DNA from: a virus
Strand: one strand, 5' to 3'
Length of the DNA: 58,693 bases
Virus record (IMG/VR): IMGVR_UViG_3300035698_012504
Location: 1 to 58,693 of that record
Notes under the pieces: generated by a model
Told to the model about the DNA's origin: nothing
Seen by the model: only the letters and a program-made list of their open reading frames with translations
Database searches by the model: none
In this document: positions 45,845 to 55,789 of the stretch, one piece after another
Numbering within the stretch: the first letter of the stretch is position 1
Layout of the letters: every line of letters starts with the position of its first letter
Translations under genes and position numbers: made by a program

Positions 45845-46570
45845 ATGCTAACCTGGAATCAAGTTTTAACATATGTAAAAGGTAGATTGGCTCTTCCATC
45901 ATCCTTCATAGAGAAGACAGATGAAGAGATCAAAGATTGGTGTAAGCTCACATCTCTTAAAGAGTTTAGTCAATACTATCCAGATTCAGAACGTACAAGT
46001 GTACTTCCTCATATAGCAGAGTATCAACACGATACTAGAAATAGTTGGTATTATTTCTTCGATGAAGAAAACAGTGAGATTCTGGGGATTAAAGAATGCT
46101 ATTGGCCATGCACTGATAATTTTATCTCAGGCCACCCACCTACAGGAGCAACTAGTTTTGAAGGTATGAAATGGTGGTCTTTGTCTGTATTTAAAGCAAG
46201 ATTTTTTTCACCTTTCTCTGCATGGAGTAAGACATATAGATTTAGAGCTCCTAATATTGTAGAGGTATTAGGAGACGATAGTATAAGTACATTAGCTACT
46301 AATTTTGTTGTTGAATATGAAAGAGTTCATCCCGATGATCTTAGAAAGATCCCAGTATCTCTTCATAGAGTGTTTATGGATCTTTGCCTAGCTGATACAA
46401 TGATTATGATAGGAAGTATTCGCAGAGGATATACTGAGATTAATACCCCATTTGGTCAAATTCCATTAAATGCTGACGCTCTCCTAAGTGAGGGACAAGA
46501 AATGCGAAGAGATTTGATAGAAAAAATGGAAAGAGGTAGTTTGCCAGCCGTTATAATCGATATTGGATAA
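45845..46570 (+). CDS. hypothetical protein
   Basis: 241-aa ORF. Confidence 0.45.
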   Translation: MLTWNQVLTYVKGRLALPSSFIEKTDEEIKDWCKLTSLKEFSQYYPDSERTSVLPHIAEYQHDTRNSWYYFFDEENSEILGIKECYWPCTDNFISGHPPTGATSFEGMKWWSLSVFKARFFSPFSAWSKTYRFRAPNIVEVLGDDSISTLATNFVVEYERVHPDDLRKIPVSLHRVFMDLCLADTMIMIGSIRRGYTEINTPFGQIPLNADALLSEGQEMRRDLIEKMERGSLPAVIIDIG

Positions 46571-46573
46571 GTT

Positions 46574-48415
46574 ATGATAAACTGTAAAATATGTGATAAA
46601 GAATTTAAGAATTTAGTTCAACTATCAGGACATATCCGTAGTTTTCATAAAATAAATATTATGATATACTATTTAAAATATATTAATTCTAATAATAAAT
46701 GTCCTATATGTGGCCAGTTATGTAACTTTAAAGGACTTGGCAAAGGATTTACTAAAACTTGTTCGGCGTCGTGCGGCGGAAAACACGGGGTAGAAAAACG
46801 AAAACGAAGCAGTCTTGAACGATATGGTGTTGAATGCACATTGCAAGCTGAAGAGACTAAAATTAAAACTAAAAAAACATTTCAAAAAAGGTATGGTGTA
46901 GATCATGTATCGAGATCTAAAAAAATCAGAGATCGTGCTAAACATACTATGATAGAAAAATATGGTGTAGAATATTCCGGCCAGTCATCAGAGATAAGAA
47001 CTAAAATGAAACAAACTAACCTGAAACGATATGGTGTTGAAAATCCACTACAATCTAAGGAAATAAGAGATAAGATTAAGAAAACTAATTTAGAACTATA
47101 TGGTGTTGAAAATGTTGGTCAGAATAAAGATATTAAATCTAAGATTAAAAAAACTAATTTGAACCGACATGGTGTTGAATGTGTTTTCCAATCTGAAAAA
47201 GTGAAAGAAAAAATTAAAAATACAAATCTAAAAAAATATGGTGTAGAACACGCTTCTAACTCTAAAGAAATTAGAGACAAAATTGAGAAAACTAATTTAA
47301 AGAAATATGGTGTAAAAACAATTCTGCAATTAGATGAAATAATATATAATACTACACAAAAAAGAAGAAGCAAATTTTTCACTAATCTTATTAATTCTGA
47401 TCGACTTAAAAATAAATGCGCTCCAAATTTCACAGAGAATGATTTTCAAGGGGTTGATTTTGAATATTCTTGGAACTGCATTAAATGTGGAAATGATTTT
47501 AACGATAGTGTAGACAATGGCAAAATCCCAAGATGCTCAAATTGTTATCCTAAATTGAATAGTTGTTCCAAAGGTGAGAAAGAGATTTTTGATTTTTGTA
47601 GATCAATCTTAACCGACGATATTGAAATAATAGAGAATGACCGCTCTGTATTAATCGGTAAGGAACTCGACGTCTACATACTATCCAATAACCTTGCTAT
47701 CGAATATAATGGTTTATACTGGCATTCGGATCTTAATGGTAAAAATAAAGATTATCACTTGGATAAAACTTATAAATGTAAAGAAAAAGGAATAAATCTT
47801 TTACATGTCTTCGAAGATGAATGGATTGATAAGCTAGAAATTGTTAAGTCTATAATCAAAAATAAACTAGGGTTAACTAAATATCGGGTATTTGCTCGTA
47901 AATGTACTATTAAAGAAGTTGCAAATGATAATGCCCAATTATTTTTATTTGATAACCACATTCAGGGTTCTATCAAAGGAACACAATATGGACTATATTT
48001 CGAAGACGAATTAGTTTCTATTTTAACCATTGGTAAATCCAGATATAATAAAAAATACGAATATGAAATATTAAGATTTTGTAATAAGATTAATACTAGT
48101 GTTGTTGGTGGGTTCTCTAAATTATTAAAGTATTTTAAAACTAAATATAATCCTAAATCAATTATCACATATTGTGATTTAAGATATGGAACTGGTGAAG
48201 TTTATTTAAAGAATGGATTTAGTTTTACTTCTAAATCTAAGCCTTCTTATTATTATGTTAAGAATGGAGATAGATCCTCTAGAATTAAATTTCAGAAGCA
48301 TAAATTAAAAAATTTATTAGAATCATTTGATTCAAATTTAACTGAGTGGCAGAATATGCAACTCAATGGGTATGATCGTATTTGGGACTGTGGTTGTAAT
48401 GTGTACACATTATAA
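46574..48415 (+). CDS. putative homing endonuclease: N-terminal zinc fingers, eight 23-aa KYGVE repeats and a C-terminal Vsr/PD-(D/E)xK-like nuclease domain
   Basis: CKICDKEF...HIRSFH (C2H2-like), repeats of the form YGVEN..Q..EI..KIKKTNL.., and ILSNNLAIEYNGLYWHS...HVFEDEW (Vsr-like). Confidence 0.55.
   Translation: MINCKICDKEFKNLVQLSGHIRSFHKINIMIYYLKYINSNNKCPICGQLCNFKGLGKGFTKTCSASCGGKHGVEKRKRSSLERYGVECTLQAEETKIKTKKTFQKRYGVDHVSRSKKIRDRAKHTMIEKYGVEYSGQSSEIRTKMKQTNLKRYGVENPLQSKEIRDKIKKTNLELYGVENVGQNKDIKSKIKKTNLNRHGVECVFQSEKVKEKIKNTNLKKYGVEHASNSKEIRDKIEKTNLKKYGVKTILQLDEIIYNTTQKRRSKFFTNLINSDRLKNKCAPNFTENDFQGVDFEYSWNCIKCGNDFNDSVDNGKIPRCSNCYPKLNSCSKGEKEIFDFCRSILTDDIEIIENDRSVLIGKELDVYILSNNLAIEYNGLYWHSDLNGKNKDYHLDKTYKCKEKGINLLHVFEDEWIDKLEIVKSIIKNKLGLTKYRVFARKCTIKEVANDNAQLFLFDNHIQGSIKGTQYGLYFEDELVSILTIGKSRYNKKYEYEILRFCNKINTSVVGGFSKLLKYFKTKYNPKSIITYCDLRYGTGEVYLKNGFSFTSKSKPSYYYVKNGDRSSRIKFQKHKLKNLLESFDSNLTEWQNMQLNGYDRIWDCGCNVYTL
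46811..47365 (+). repeat. eight tandem ~69-nt (23-aa) coding repeats (x-Y-G-V-E-x-x-x-Q-x-x-E-I-R-x-K-I-K-K-T-N-L-x)
   Basis: Read directly from the translation. Repeats 3 to 7 are exactly 23 aa each. Confidence 0.8.
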
Positions 48416-48420
48416 ATATA

Positions 48421-48947
48421 TGAGAAGTAGCAATGGAGAAGTAGCAATGGAAAAGAAAACATATGTAAGTGAACGGAAAATTGAAGAACTTCTAAGTCCA
48501 GAAGTTTTAAAAGAAGGTAGTTATTATGGAGGGGGTACTATCATTCAGGCAGAAGATAGATCAAAAAAAGTAGGTTGGCAGCTGTTGGCTGGTGCTGCTA
48601 CATCGTATATGCTTTTTGATTCAGGATTACCTAAAAAGAAGGGAGAAATGTTAGGGGCAAACATAGCACTTTTTCCAAAGGGTGGGCTCTCAAGTAAGGT
48701 GGTCGCCGATGCAAAAGGAGTTAAAAATATAGATTGTAATGTTAGATGGAATTCTGGTTCCAATCCATATCATAAGTTTACCGTAGAAGTTAAAGGGGCA
48801 ACATATGAAATAGTTGCTGATGCAGATGCAGGGAATGCTATGAAATTTTGGGGGCCAATATTTACTGGGATGTTTCTCACCTTGTTTTGGAGCATTCCAT
48901 TAGCAGCATTTCTATCGTACACTGGAACTATAACAAGAATAAAATAG
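48421..48947 (+). CDS. hypothetical protein with a C-terminal transmembrane helix
   Basis: GPIFTGMFLTLFWSIPLAAFL. The start is set after the upstream stop, and a 14-nt tandem duplication sits at the start. Confidence 0.4.
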
Positions 48948-48959
48948 AAAGATACATAA

Positions 48960-49862
48960 ATGAATCCAGTCTGGTTTGAGAACAATAAAAAATATCAGGA
49001 CGAACTAAAGTCCCTTAGAAAGTTTAGAATAAATCCAAACGATATATGTCATATTGTCATAACCCATTTCAATATTAATCTAAGTAAAAACGTAGGGCAT
49101 ACTGGAAGAGAATATAAACGAAATTGGCAAAAGCCAATTCTTAAACAAGGAATTGGTAAAAAATGGATGCAACAAAGAACAGAATTATTTGATCAAATTT
49201 GTTATCCATCTATGTTAAATCAAACGAATCAGAATTTCGAATGGTTTACTTTTTTTGATAAGGATACAACTGATATAAAATCATACAGAAAATATAATCG
49301 AATGCATCCAATGCTTATACCATATAAGGATCCATTTAGATATCAGACACACATAATACAAAATCTCCTTATTGATCGAGGCATTAAAAAGAAGTGGTTT
49401 ATATTCACAAAGTTAGATAATGATGATGCTCTTAACAAAACATTTATAGATAGACTACAAAACATTTGGCTTCCGTATTGTATAAAACATAATAGAGAAT
49501 TTTCTATGGTTTGTTTTACAAGTGGCGTAATGGCCCTAAAGAGACCCGATGGAAAAAGTAAACTCATGACCAAAGAAGATAGATATGGACCATTCGTAAA
49601 TACAATAGAGAAATTTAATAAAGATTACAAGAAGTTTAAAACATGTTGGCATAGCTATCATACTACTATGCATGACAAAGCTTTTCCAGAGAGTGTAGTT
49701 AGATACACAGATAAGAGTGATCCTATGTGGTTTATATACGATCACGAATTTAATTTGTGTGATAGAGATCCAAGATTAAAGGAAAAGACCGATTATACTG
49801 GGACAGAGAAAGACCTAATAGAAAGGTTTAATATTAATCCTAAATACGTGAGGTTAAAATAA
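48960..49862 (+). CDS. DxDD-motif protein, possible GT-A glycosyltransferase (paralog of 34129)
   Basis: See the 34129 feature for the matching segments. Confidence 0.35.
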   Translation: MNPVWFENNKKYQDELKSLRKFRINPNDICHIVITHFNINLSKNVGHTGREYKRNWQKPILKQGIGKKWMQQRTELFDQICYPSMLNQTNQNFEWFTFFDKDTTDIKSYRKYNRMHPMLIPYKDPFRYQTHIIQNLLIDRGIKKKWFIFTKLDNDDALNKTFIDRLQNIWLPYCIKHNREFSMVCFTSGVMALKRPDGKSKLMTKEDRYGPFVNTIEKFNKDYKKFKTCWHSYHTTMHDKAFPESVVRYTDKSDPMWFIYDHEFNLCDRDPRLKEKTDYTGTEKDLIERFNINPKYVRLK

Positions 49863-50158
49863 TGTATATATCTGAGAAGTTTATAGAGAACACAGTAAAT
49901 TCTTATTTTTCTTGGAGGTATGTCGGAACCTCTGTAAGAAAGGCGAAGTCTGTTTGTAATAAATATAAAAGTAATCCCTCAAAGTATAACTCATGTATGG
50001 TAAGAGGATTGAGCCATTATAGACGTACAGTTAAATCCAATGTGAGTAAACATTGTGGTAAAGGAAAAACTCCCCAACATAAAAGAAGCTGTATAAACGT
50101 GGCTAATAAAATCATCTCTAGTTTTACCAATAAAATTGAAAAATATAAAGGTAGATAA
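49862..50158 (+). CDS. small basic Cys-containing protein with an MYISEKFIE N-terminus
   Basis: 98-aa Lys/Arg-rich ORF, TAATG-coupled. Confidence 0.5.
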   Translation: MYISEKFIENTVNSYFSWRYVGTSVRKAKSVCNKYKSNPSKYNSCMVRGLSHYRRTVKSNVSKHCGKGKTPQHKRSCINVANKIISSFTNKIEKYKGR

Positions 50159-50159
50159 A

Positions 50160-50720
50160 ATGAACTCTAAGGAAAAAGGTGGACGGTTTGAACGAAAAGT
50201 TGCTAGAGACCTTTCTAAGCTTTGGAGTGATGGGAAGCGGGATGATCTTTTTTGGCGTTCTCAATCTAGCGGTGGAAGACATACTATCAGAGCTAAGAAA
50301 GGGTTAGTTACTGAAGGGCAAGCTGTAGATATAGCATCCACATCTAAAGAGACAGCTATTTTTTCTGAAAAAGTAATTGTAGAGTGTAAACATTACAAAG
50401 AAATTAATTTATGGGACCTCATTACTGGTAGTGAGGAGACAGGGCTTCGGGGATGGTGGAATGGGACTAAAGAGATAGGATTGTCAGAACGTAAACATCC
50501 TATACTTATTGCAAAACAAAATTATAGACCAGAATTGTTTATATGTGAAAGTACTCTCACTTGTAATCTAAAAGAATATATTACTCTTGATATAAAAGCG
50601 ATGTTTTTAGATAAATGGAAAGACACAGTAGATATATATTTATTTGAAGATATCCTTAAGTGTAGTTCAGAAAGTTTTAAAGATATGATTAATATCATAG
50701 GAGAAAATAACAATGCATGA
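50160..50720 (+). CDS. Holliday-junction resolvase-like PD-(D/E)xK nuclease (Hjc-like; tentative)
   Basis: KGGRFERKVARDLSKLW...SGG...DIAS...VECKHYK matches the Hjc pattern KG..ER.....L...G...R...SG...D.......E.K. Confidence 0.45.
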   Translation: MNSKEKGGRFERKVARDLSKLWSDGKRDDLFWRSQSSGGRHTIRAKKGLVTEGQAVDIASTSKETAIFSEKVIVECKHYKEINLWDLITGSEETGLRGWWNGTKEIGLSERKHPILIAKQNYRPELFICESTLTCNLKEYITLDIKAMFLDKWKDTVDIYLFEDILKCSSESFKDMINIIGENNNA

Positions 50721-50859
50721 ATCTAATATGTTTATAGATTATTTAGAAGAGAAATCGGCGGTAATAGTAGGAGTGGGAGGGGCGGCAGTGGCGGCAGGTG
50801 GTGCTGGATATCTAGCATATAGAAGTATGAAAAAGAAACAAGCAGCGAAAAAGAAATAA
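50713..50859 (+). CDS. 48-aa membrane peptide (Gly/Ala-rich TM segment, KKK tail)
   Basis: ATGCATGA overlap with the upstream stop. A locally GC-rich GxxxG-like tract encodes VGGAAVAAGGAGYLA. Confidence 0.3.
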   Translation: MHESNMFIDYLEEKSAVIVGVGGAAVAAGGAGYLAYRSMKKKQAAKKK

Positions 50860-50870
50860 GGAGTATATTT

Positions 50871-51131
50871 ATGTTTGGGTTTCCAACTACTAGAGTCGGT
50901 AATGGACTTCAAGTTAAGAATGGAATTATTGTTAAAACCGGTAGGTATAATATACTTAATCTTAGAGAAGAAGGGGTTAATGTTGAGTTAGGAGATGTTA
51001 AAATTGAAGACGGGTTTCTTATAATCAATAATATTCCGATTGTTCCCCCGATTCCATTAGCGATATTACCACCAGGTACTATATATGCTCTTCCGTCTGG
51101 TGTAGTGATGGTTAAACTTCCGTCATCATAA
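50871..51131 (+). CDS. hypothetical protein (Pro/Ile-rich C-terminus)
   Basis: AAGGAG Shine-Dalgarno sequence 8 nt upstream. Confidence 0.45.
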   Translation: MFGFPTTRVGNGLQVKNGIIVKTGRYNILNLREEGVNVELGDVKIEDGFLIINNIPIVPPIPLAILPPGTIYALPSGVVMVKLPSS

Positions 51132-51155
51132 TTATTAAAATAGAGGAATATAAAA

Positions 51156-51482
51156 ATGAAAAGATCTATTTCGGATATATTTTTAAATGAAGGATTACAG
51201 ACTTCAAAAGTATCAATAGAGTTAGCAGAATTTGATAACATCTCAAAGGCTGTTAGTAAATTAAAAAAAGTTGCAGATAAATATACAAAGCAAGAAGAGC
51301 AGTTAAATTCTGGTGGGGCTGATGATTTACCAGAATTTGAATTACAAATCAGTAAGCCTATGTTTAAAACTAAATATAAAGGTAATAATGAACTATTAAT
51401 AACTTTAGTTCGGTTAGTAGATATTACCAATCATAAATTAGTTTATGAGGAAAGAGTTATTACGAAAATAAAGGTAATATAG
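51156..51482 (+). CDS. hypothetical protein
   Basis: GAGGAA Shine-Dalgarno sequence upstream. Confidence 0.45.
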   Translation: MKRSISDIFLNEGLQTSKVSIELAEFDNISKAVSKLKKVADKYTKQEEQLNSGGADDLPEFELQISKPMFKTKYKGNNELLITLVRLVDITNHKLVYEERVITKIKVI

Positions 51483-51493
51483 AAGGGGTAATA

Positions 51494-51940
51494 ATGGCTA
51501 GATTTTTACCATATATTTTACACGATCATTATAGTATGGGACGAGCAAAGCATCACTATGATCTTAGAATTAAATATCCTAATAGATTAAGTGTAGCTTC
51601 TTGGGCACTTCCTAAACATAGAATTCCTGACGTTCATGAAAAAACTTTAGCTATGCAAGGACACGACCATGATATGTGGTGGCTTAAAGCTGACCACTAT
51701 GTAATTCCTAAAGGGGAGTTTGGAGAGGGAATAGTTAAGGTACTACAGAAGGGAATGATTGAGCTTAGGGGATGGGGAAAGTTTCATATTACATTTGTAG
51801 TAGAAGGTCCTATTATGGATGGAAAATTTACTTTAATACGGCCTCCGGCTTTTGTTAGTCAAGATAGAAAAAGAATAAAGAAGAATCCGAGGTCGGGGAA
51901 GTCCTGGTTATTTATAAAAGCAAGACCAGAGAAAGATTAG
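51494..51940 (+). CDS. LigD-type 3'-phosphoesterase (PE) domain protein
   Basis: HHYDLRIKY...SWALPK...AMQGHDHD...IPKGEFGEGIVKVL..G matches the LigD-PE pattern HYDFRLE...SWAVPKG...EDHPLDY...IPEGQYGGGTVMIWD. Confidence 0.55.
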   Translation: MARFLPYILHDHYSMGRAKHHYDLRIKYPNRLSVASWALPKHRIPDVHEKTLAMQGHDHDMWWLKADHYVIPKGEFGEGIVKVLQKGMIELRGWGKFHITFVVEGPIMDGKFTLIRPPAFVSQDRKRIKKNPRSGKSWLFIKARPEKD

Positions 51941-51941
51941 T

Positions 51942-52190
51942 ATGCATAAACGTATAAGAGAAATTAAAAGAGTTATTCATGGCGCAACTGGAGTTACTAA
52001 ATCCGTTACGGGAATAAGTCTTGCATCTGAAGAAGAAATTAAAAGAAGAAGAAAAATTTGTTCAAACTGTGAATTTGCTTTAAAATATAAACAAAGTACA
52101 ACTAGAGTACATAAATGTAGTGCATGCGGGTGTATTTTGCGCCACAAGACGAGACTGAAGAATGAATCGTGCCCAAAAAATAAGTGGTAG
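51942..52190 (+). CDS. small zinc-ribbon protein
   Basis: CSNCEF...CSACGC. Confidence 0.4.
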   Translation: MHKRIREIKRVIHGATGVTKSVTGISLASEEEIKRRRKICSNCEFALKYKQSTTRVHKCSACGCILRHKTRLKNESCPKNKW

Positions 52191-52199
52191 AGAGAATAT

Positions 52200-53009
52200 A
52201 TGAATAGAAAATATAATCAAAAATATGTTGAAGAATATTTTAAAAAATATGAATGTAAACTAATTGATACCTATAGAAGTACTAAATATCCGATAAAATT
52301 TAGGTGTTCCTGTGGAAATATATCATTTATAAAATTTCTTCATTTTAAAAAGAAACATAAATGTAAAAAATGTAATTATGCAGAAACTAATAAATATAAA
52401 AAACATACTCAGGATTATGTTGAAGGGTATTTTAAAGAAAATGGGTGCGAATTATTAGATAACTACAGGAATGATAAATCTACATTAATTTACATCTGTT
52501 CTTGTGGAAACACTTCAAATATAAGATTTTCAGATTTTAAGAAAGGTCAGAGATGTATGAAATGTGCTATAAAAAAGAGATCGGGAAAGAATCATTATAA
52601 TTGGAATCCAGATAGGCAAAAAATAGAAGTAAGGAGAAAAGTAGACGTAGCATGCAGGTCTCTAATATATTGTACATTAAAAGCAACAGGTCATAAAAAA
52701 ACATGCAAAACAGAAAACATGCTTGGATATTCTAGAGGTGACTTTTTAAATAAACTCAAAAGAGATCCATTATTTGAGAATTGGAAGAATAACTCTTATA
52801 ATTATCATATAGATCATATATTTCCAATAAAATCATTTATAGATGAAAAAATATATGATCCTAAAATAATAAATGCCCTTGATAATTTACGCATATTACC
52901 AAGTCATAGTAATTGGAAAAAGAGTTCAAAATGCGATAAACTTTTGTTTAATAAATATTTAAAAAATACCACCACAGATTATATCGAGGAGGAAATCATA
53001 TGTACATAA
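52200..53009 (+). CDS. HNH homing endonuclease, zinc-finger family paralog
   Basis: Duplicated Zn modules, then HYNWNPDR...LGYSRGDFL...YHIDHIFPIKSF. Confidence 0.8.
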   Translation: MNRKYNQKYVEEYFKKYECKLIDTYRSTKYPIKFRCSCGNISFIKFLHFKKKHKCKKCNYAETNKYKKHTQDYVEGYFKENGCELLDNYRNDKSTLIYICSCGNTSNIRFSDFKKGQRCMKCAIKKRSGKNHYNWNPDRQKIEVRRKVDVACRSLIYCTLKATGHKKTCKTENMLGYSRGDFLNKLKRDPLFENWKNNSYNYHIDHIFPIKSFIDEKIYDPKIINALDNLRILPSHSNWKKSSKCDKLLFNKYLKNTTTDYIEEEIICT

Positions 53010-53728
53010 GTGAAAGTTTTTTGATGAGCGTAGAATTTAAACGCGCTCTAGGAGATCTTATGGAAGCTCTAGTCGGAGAAGAACTAGATGAGCCAGGATC
53101 CATTCAAGAAATTTATGAGATTAGCATAAATAAAATTGTAACAGATGATACAGTTAGTACAGAAGAAATGATAGATAGATTAAACATCTGTGAAAATTTA
53201 TTTGATACCTTTACCGAACACATTCAAGAACTATTATTAACAGAGACATCTAGAGAGGGGTTAATGAGTAGAATTGATGATAGGCAATCTCAGATAGATG
53301 TTCTAAGTGGTCCTTCTAAAGGTAAGATAAGAGATATTCCTAGGATGGGTACAAAATTTGTTGATACAATGGATCTAGTCATGGCAAAAGTTAATGATAT
53401 AAGTAAAAGAGCAAAAGAAATTCACGGGGATTGGAAACATATTAAAGGTACTGCTGCACTAGTATCTTCTATAGCAGTAATTGGTATTATAGCATTAGTA
53501 ACTAGAAAATTATATAGGAAGCATGTACATGGTGAGTGCCAGAAATATAGTGGTAAGGATTTATATATTTGTAAAATACAAAGATCAAAAGAAATAGAAG
53601 AAGCATTATTATCTCAGATGTCAAAATGCGATAAAACAGATAAGCCTAAATTATGTAAACGTAAAATAGAAGACACAATGAAGAAAATCAGAAAAGATAG
53701 AGATAAATGGGAAAAGAAGTTATTATAA
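53000..53728 (+). CDS. hypothetical protein with an internal TM helix and an MYISESFL N-terminus
   Basis: TAALVSSIAVIGIIALV. The C-terminus is basic. Confidence 0.45.
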   Translation: MYISESFLMSVEFKRALGDLMEALVGEELDEPGSIQEIYEISINKIVTDDTVSTEEMIDRLNICENLFDTFTEHIQELLLTETSREGLMSRIDDRQSQIDVLSGPSKGKIRDIPRMGTKFVDTMDLVMAKVNDISKRAKEIHGDWKHIKGTAALVSSIAVIGIIALVTRKLYRKHVHGECQKYSGKDLYICKIQRSKEIEEALLSQMSKCDKTDKPKLCKRKIEDTMKKIRKDRDKWEKKLL

Positions 53729-53729
53729 A

Positions 53730-54476
53730 ATGATTAGACATTTAGTTTCTGTTATAATTCCCTGCTTTAATCATGGTAAATTTTTAGGGGAATGTATAAA
53801 ATCAGTATTAGCACAAAAATATCAAAATTTTGAAATCATTATTATAAATGATGGGTCCACTGATAATACAAGTGATGTAATTTCTAAATGGAAAAAAATA
53901 GATAAAAGAATACGATCAATAAATAATAAAGATACTAAGGGTCCCGCCATATCTAGAAATAAAGCAATTAGACAATCGCGGGGGAAATATATTTTACCAC
54001 TAGATGCGGATGATAAAATAGATGCAAGATTTATTTCAAAATGTTATCCGTTTATAACTCCAATGGGAAGACATGATATAGTATATACCGATGTACAATT
54101 TTTTGGAGCATTTAATGAGATAAAAATAATGGGTAAATATAATTATAAAAATTATGCTGCTAAAAATCAATTTGTAAATACAGCACTATATCATAAAAAA
54201 GATTTTAGGGAAGTAAAAGGATATAATACAACACTGGAAGGGTATGAAGACTGGGAGTTCGGTATAAAACTAGGGGAAGCAGGACACTATGGAATAAGGG
54301 TCCCAGGCCCGTTGTTTTACTATAGGAGGACAAGAGGATCTAGGAACGATCAGGCTCACAAGAAAGAGTTTGAGATATGGAATAAAATATCAGAGTTACA
54401 TCCTCAATTCCAACGGTTTGATAAAAATAAAAAAAGAATTGACAAGTATATAAAAGAGAATGATAGAAGAAAATGA
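53730..54476 (+). CDS. family-2 glycosyltransferase
   Basis: VSVIIPCFNHGKFLGECIKSVLAQKYQNFEIIIINDGSTDNT...ILPLDADD. Confidence 0.8.
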   Translation: MIRHLVSVIIPCFNHGKFLGECIKSVLAQKYQNFEIIIINDGSTDNTSDVISKWKKIDKRIRSINNKDTKGPAISRNKAIRQSRGKYILPLDADDKIDARFISKCYPFITPMGRHDIVYTDVQFFGAFNEIKIMGKYNYKNYAAKNQFVNTALYHKKDFREVKGYNTTLEGYEDWEFGIKLGEAGHYGIRVPGPLFYYRRTRGSRNDQAHKKEFEIWNKISELHPQFQRFDKNKKRIDKYIKENDRRK

Positions 54477-55291
54477 ATAAAAAATATACAATAGAATATA
54501 TACGAAAATATTTAGAGGATAAGGGATGCAAATTATTAGAAGAAATTTATGTTAATCCGCATACTAAAATAAAATGCATTTGTTCTTGCGGAAAAGAAAA
54601 AAATAGTTCTTGGAATACATTACGACGGTCTCCTTATTGTAGAAGTTGTTCTGCTAAAAATAGAAAAGATTTACATAAGTTTAATTATGAGGATATTAAA
54701 AAGATTTTTTTCGATAAGGGTTGTGAACTCCTTGAAAAAGAATATATTAATAATAAAACAAAAATGAAATATAGATGTAGATGTGGGAATATATCATCTA
54801 TAACTCTATCTCATTTTATCAGCAAAAGAAGAAATAATGGAAAAGGTAGTTTGTGTAAACAATGTAGAAAAGAAAGAACAAGCGGTAAAAATAGTAAATC
54901 GTGGAATCCAAATAGGGAAGAAGTCGAAGATAAACTACGGATTCATATATTATGTAAATCTCTTTTATTTTGTACCACGAAGGCAACAGGAAAAAGAAAG
55001 TCTCGAAGTACAGAAAAAACTTTGGGTTATTCTCGACAAGATTTACTAAAACATTTAAAGAAGTGTAAAAATTATAATCTTTGGAAAGAAGATACAACCA
55101 ATTATCATATTGATCATATTATTCCAATAAAATCTTTTGTTGAAAATGGAATAGATGATCCTAAAGTTATAAATTCTTTAGATAACTTACAAATATTATC
55201 AGCTGAGGAAAATCTAAAGAAAAGTGGAGTATATGAAAAACAAGCATTAGAGAATTTTTTAGAAAAGAAAGGTATTATTTTATGCGTATAG
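54473..55291 (+). CDS. HNH homing endonuclease, zinc-finger family paralog
   Basis: Duplicated Zn modules, then SWNPNRE...LGYSRQDLL...YHIDHIIPIKSF. Confidence 0.8.
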   Translation: MNKKYTIEYIRKYLEDKGCKLLEEIYVNPHTKIKCICSCGKEKNSSWNTLRRSPYCRSCSAKNRKDLHKFNYEDIKKIFFDKGCELLEKEYINNKTKMKYRCRCGNISSITLSHFISKRRNNGKGSLCKQCRKERTSGKNSKSWNPNREEVEDKLRIHILCKSLLFCTTKATGKRKSRSTEKTLGYSRQDLLKHLKKCKNYNLWKEDTTNYHIDHIIPIKSFVENGIDDPKVINSLDNLQILSAEENLKKSGVYEKQALENFLEKKGIILCV

Positions 55292-55788
55292 CATTTTCGG
55301 GTTCACATTCGGTTGGGAAAACCACATCTGTATTAGAAAAAGCACATGAGATGAAAATGATACACCCTACTAAATCTGTAGGTATTTTTATGGAGAACGC
55401 TAGACACTCCCCATTTAAAATTAATAAAGATGGAAACTCAAAAAGTCAAATGTGGATATTTTGTTCACAACTACAACATGAATTATTTTTAGAAGCAAAT
55501 TATGATATTGTTATATGTGATAGAACTATCATTGATTCAATAGCATATACTAGAATAAATGGTGGTGGAGATGATGAATTAGCGTTGGCTATGATAGAGA
55601 TGGCCAAACATCATATTGAGTCATATGACAAAATTTATTTTAAAACAATAATAAATAATGATTATTTGGTAGAAGATGGGGTTAGAGATGGAGTAGATAG
55701 GTCATATAGGATGACTGTAGAGCACCATATGGTAAATATTTACGATGAACTATTAAAGTGTAGAGAAGTCAACATAGAGTATATTTAA
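55282..55788 (+). CDS. P-loop NTPase (kinase-like)
   Basis: IAFSGSHSVGKTT (Walker A) and a downstream hhhhD Walker B-like segment, DIVICD. Confidence 0.5.
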   Translation: MRIAFSGSHSVGKTTSVLEKAHEMKMIHPTKSVGIFMENARHSPFKINKDGNSKSQMWIFCSQLQHELFLEANYDIVICDRTIIDSIAYTRINGGGDDELALAMIEMAKHHIESYDKIYFKTIINNDYLVEDGVRDGVDRSYRMTVEHHMVNIYDELLKCREVNIEYI

Positions 55789-55789
55789 A

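Noticed and set aside
50909-51430. 173-aa minus-strand ORF overlapping two plus-strand genes
   Set aside because: Its translation is low-complexity Ser/Leu/Ile/Asn, typical of antisense AT-rich DNA. Both overlapping plus-strand ORFs have good Shine-Dalgarno sequences, and every supported gene in the window is on the + strand. All other minus-strand ORFs in the track (for example 2583..2891, 5330..5593, 35589..35975 and 47119..47433) were rejected for the same reasons.
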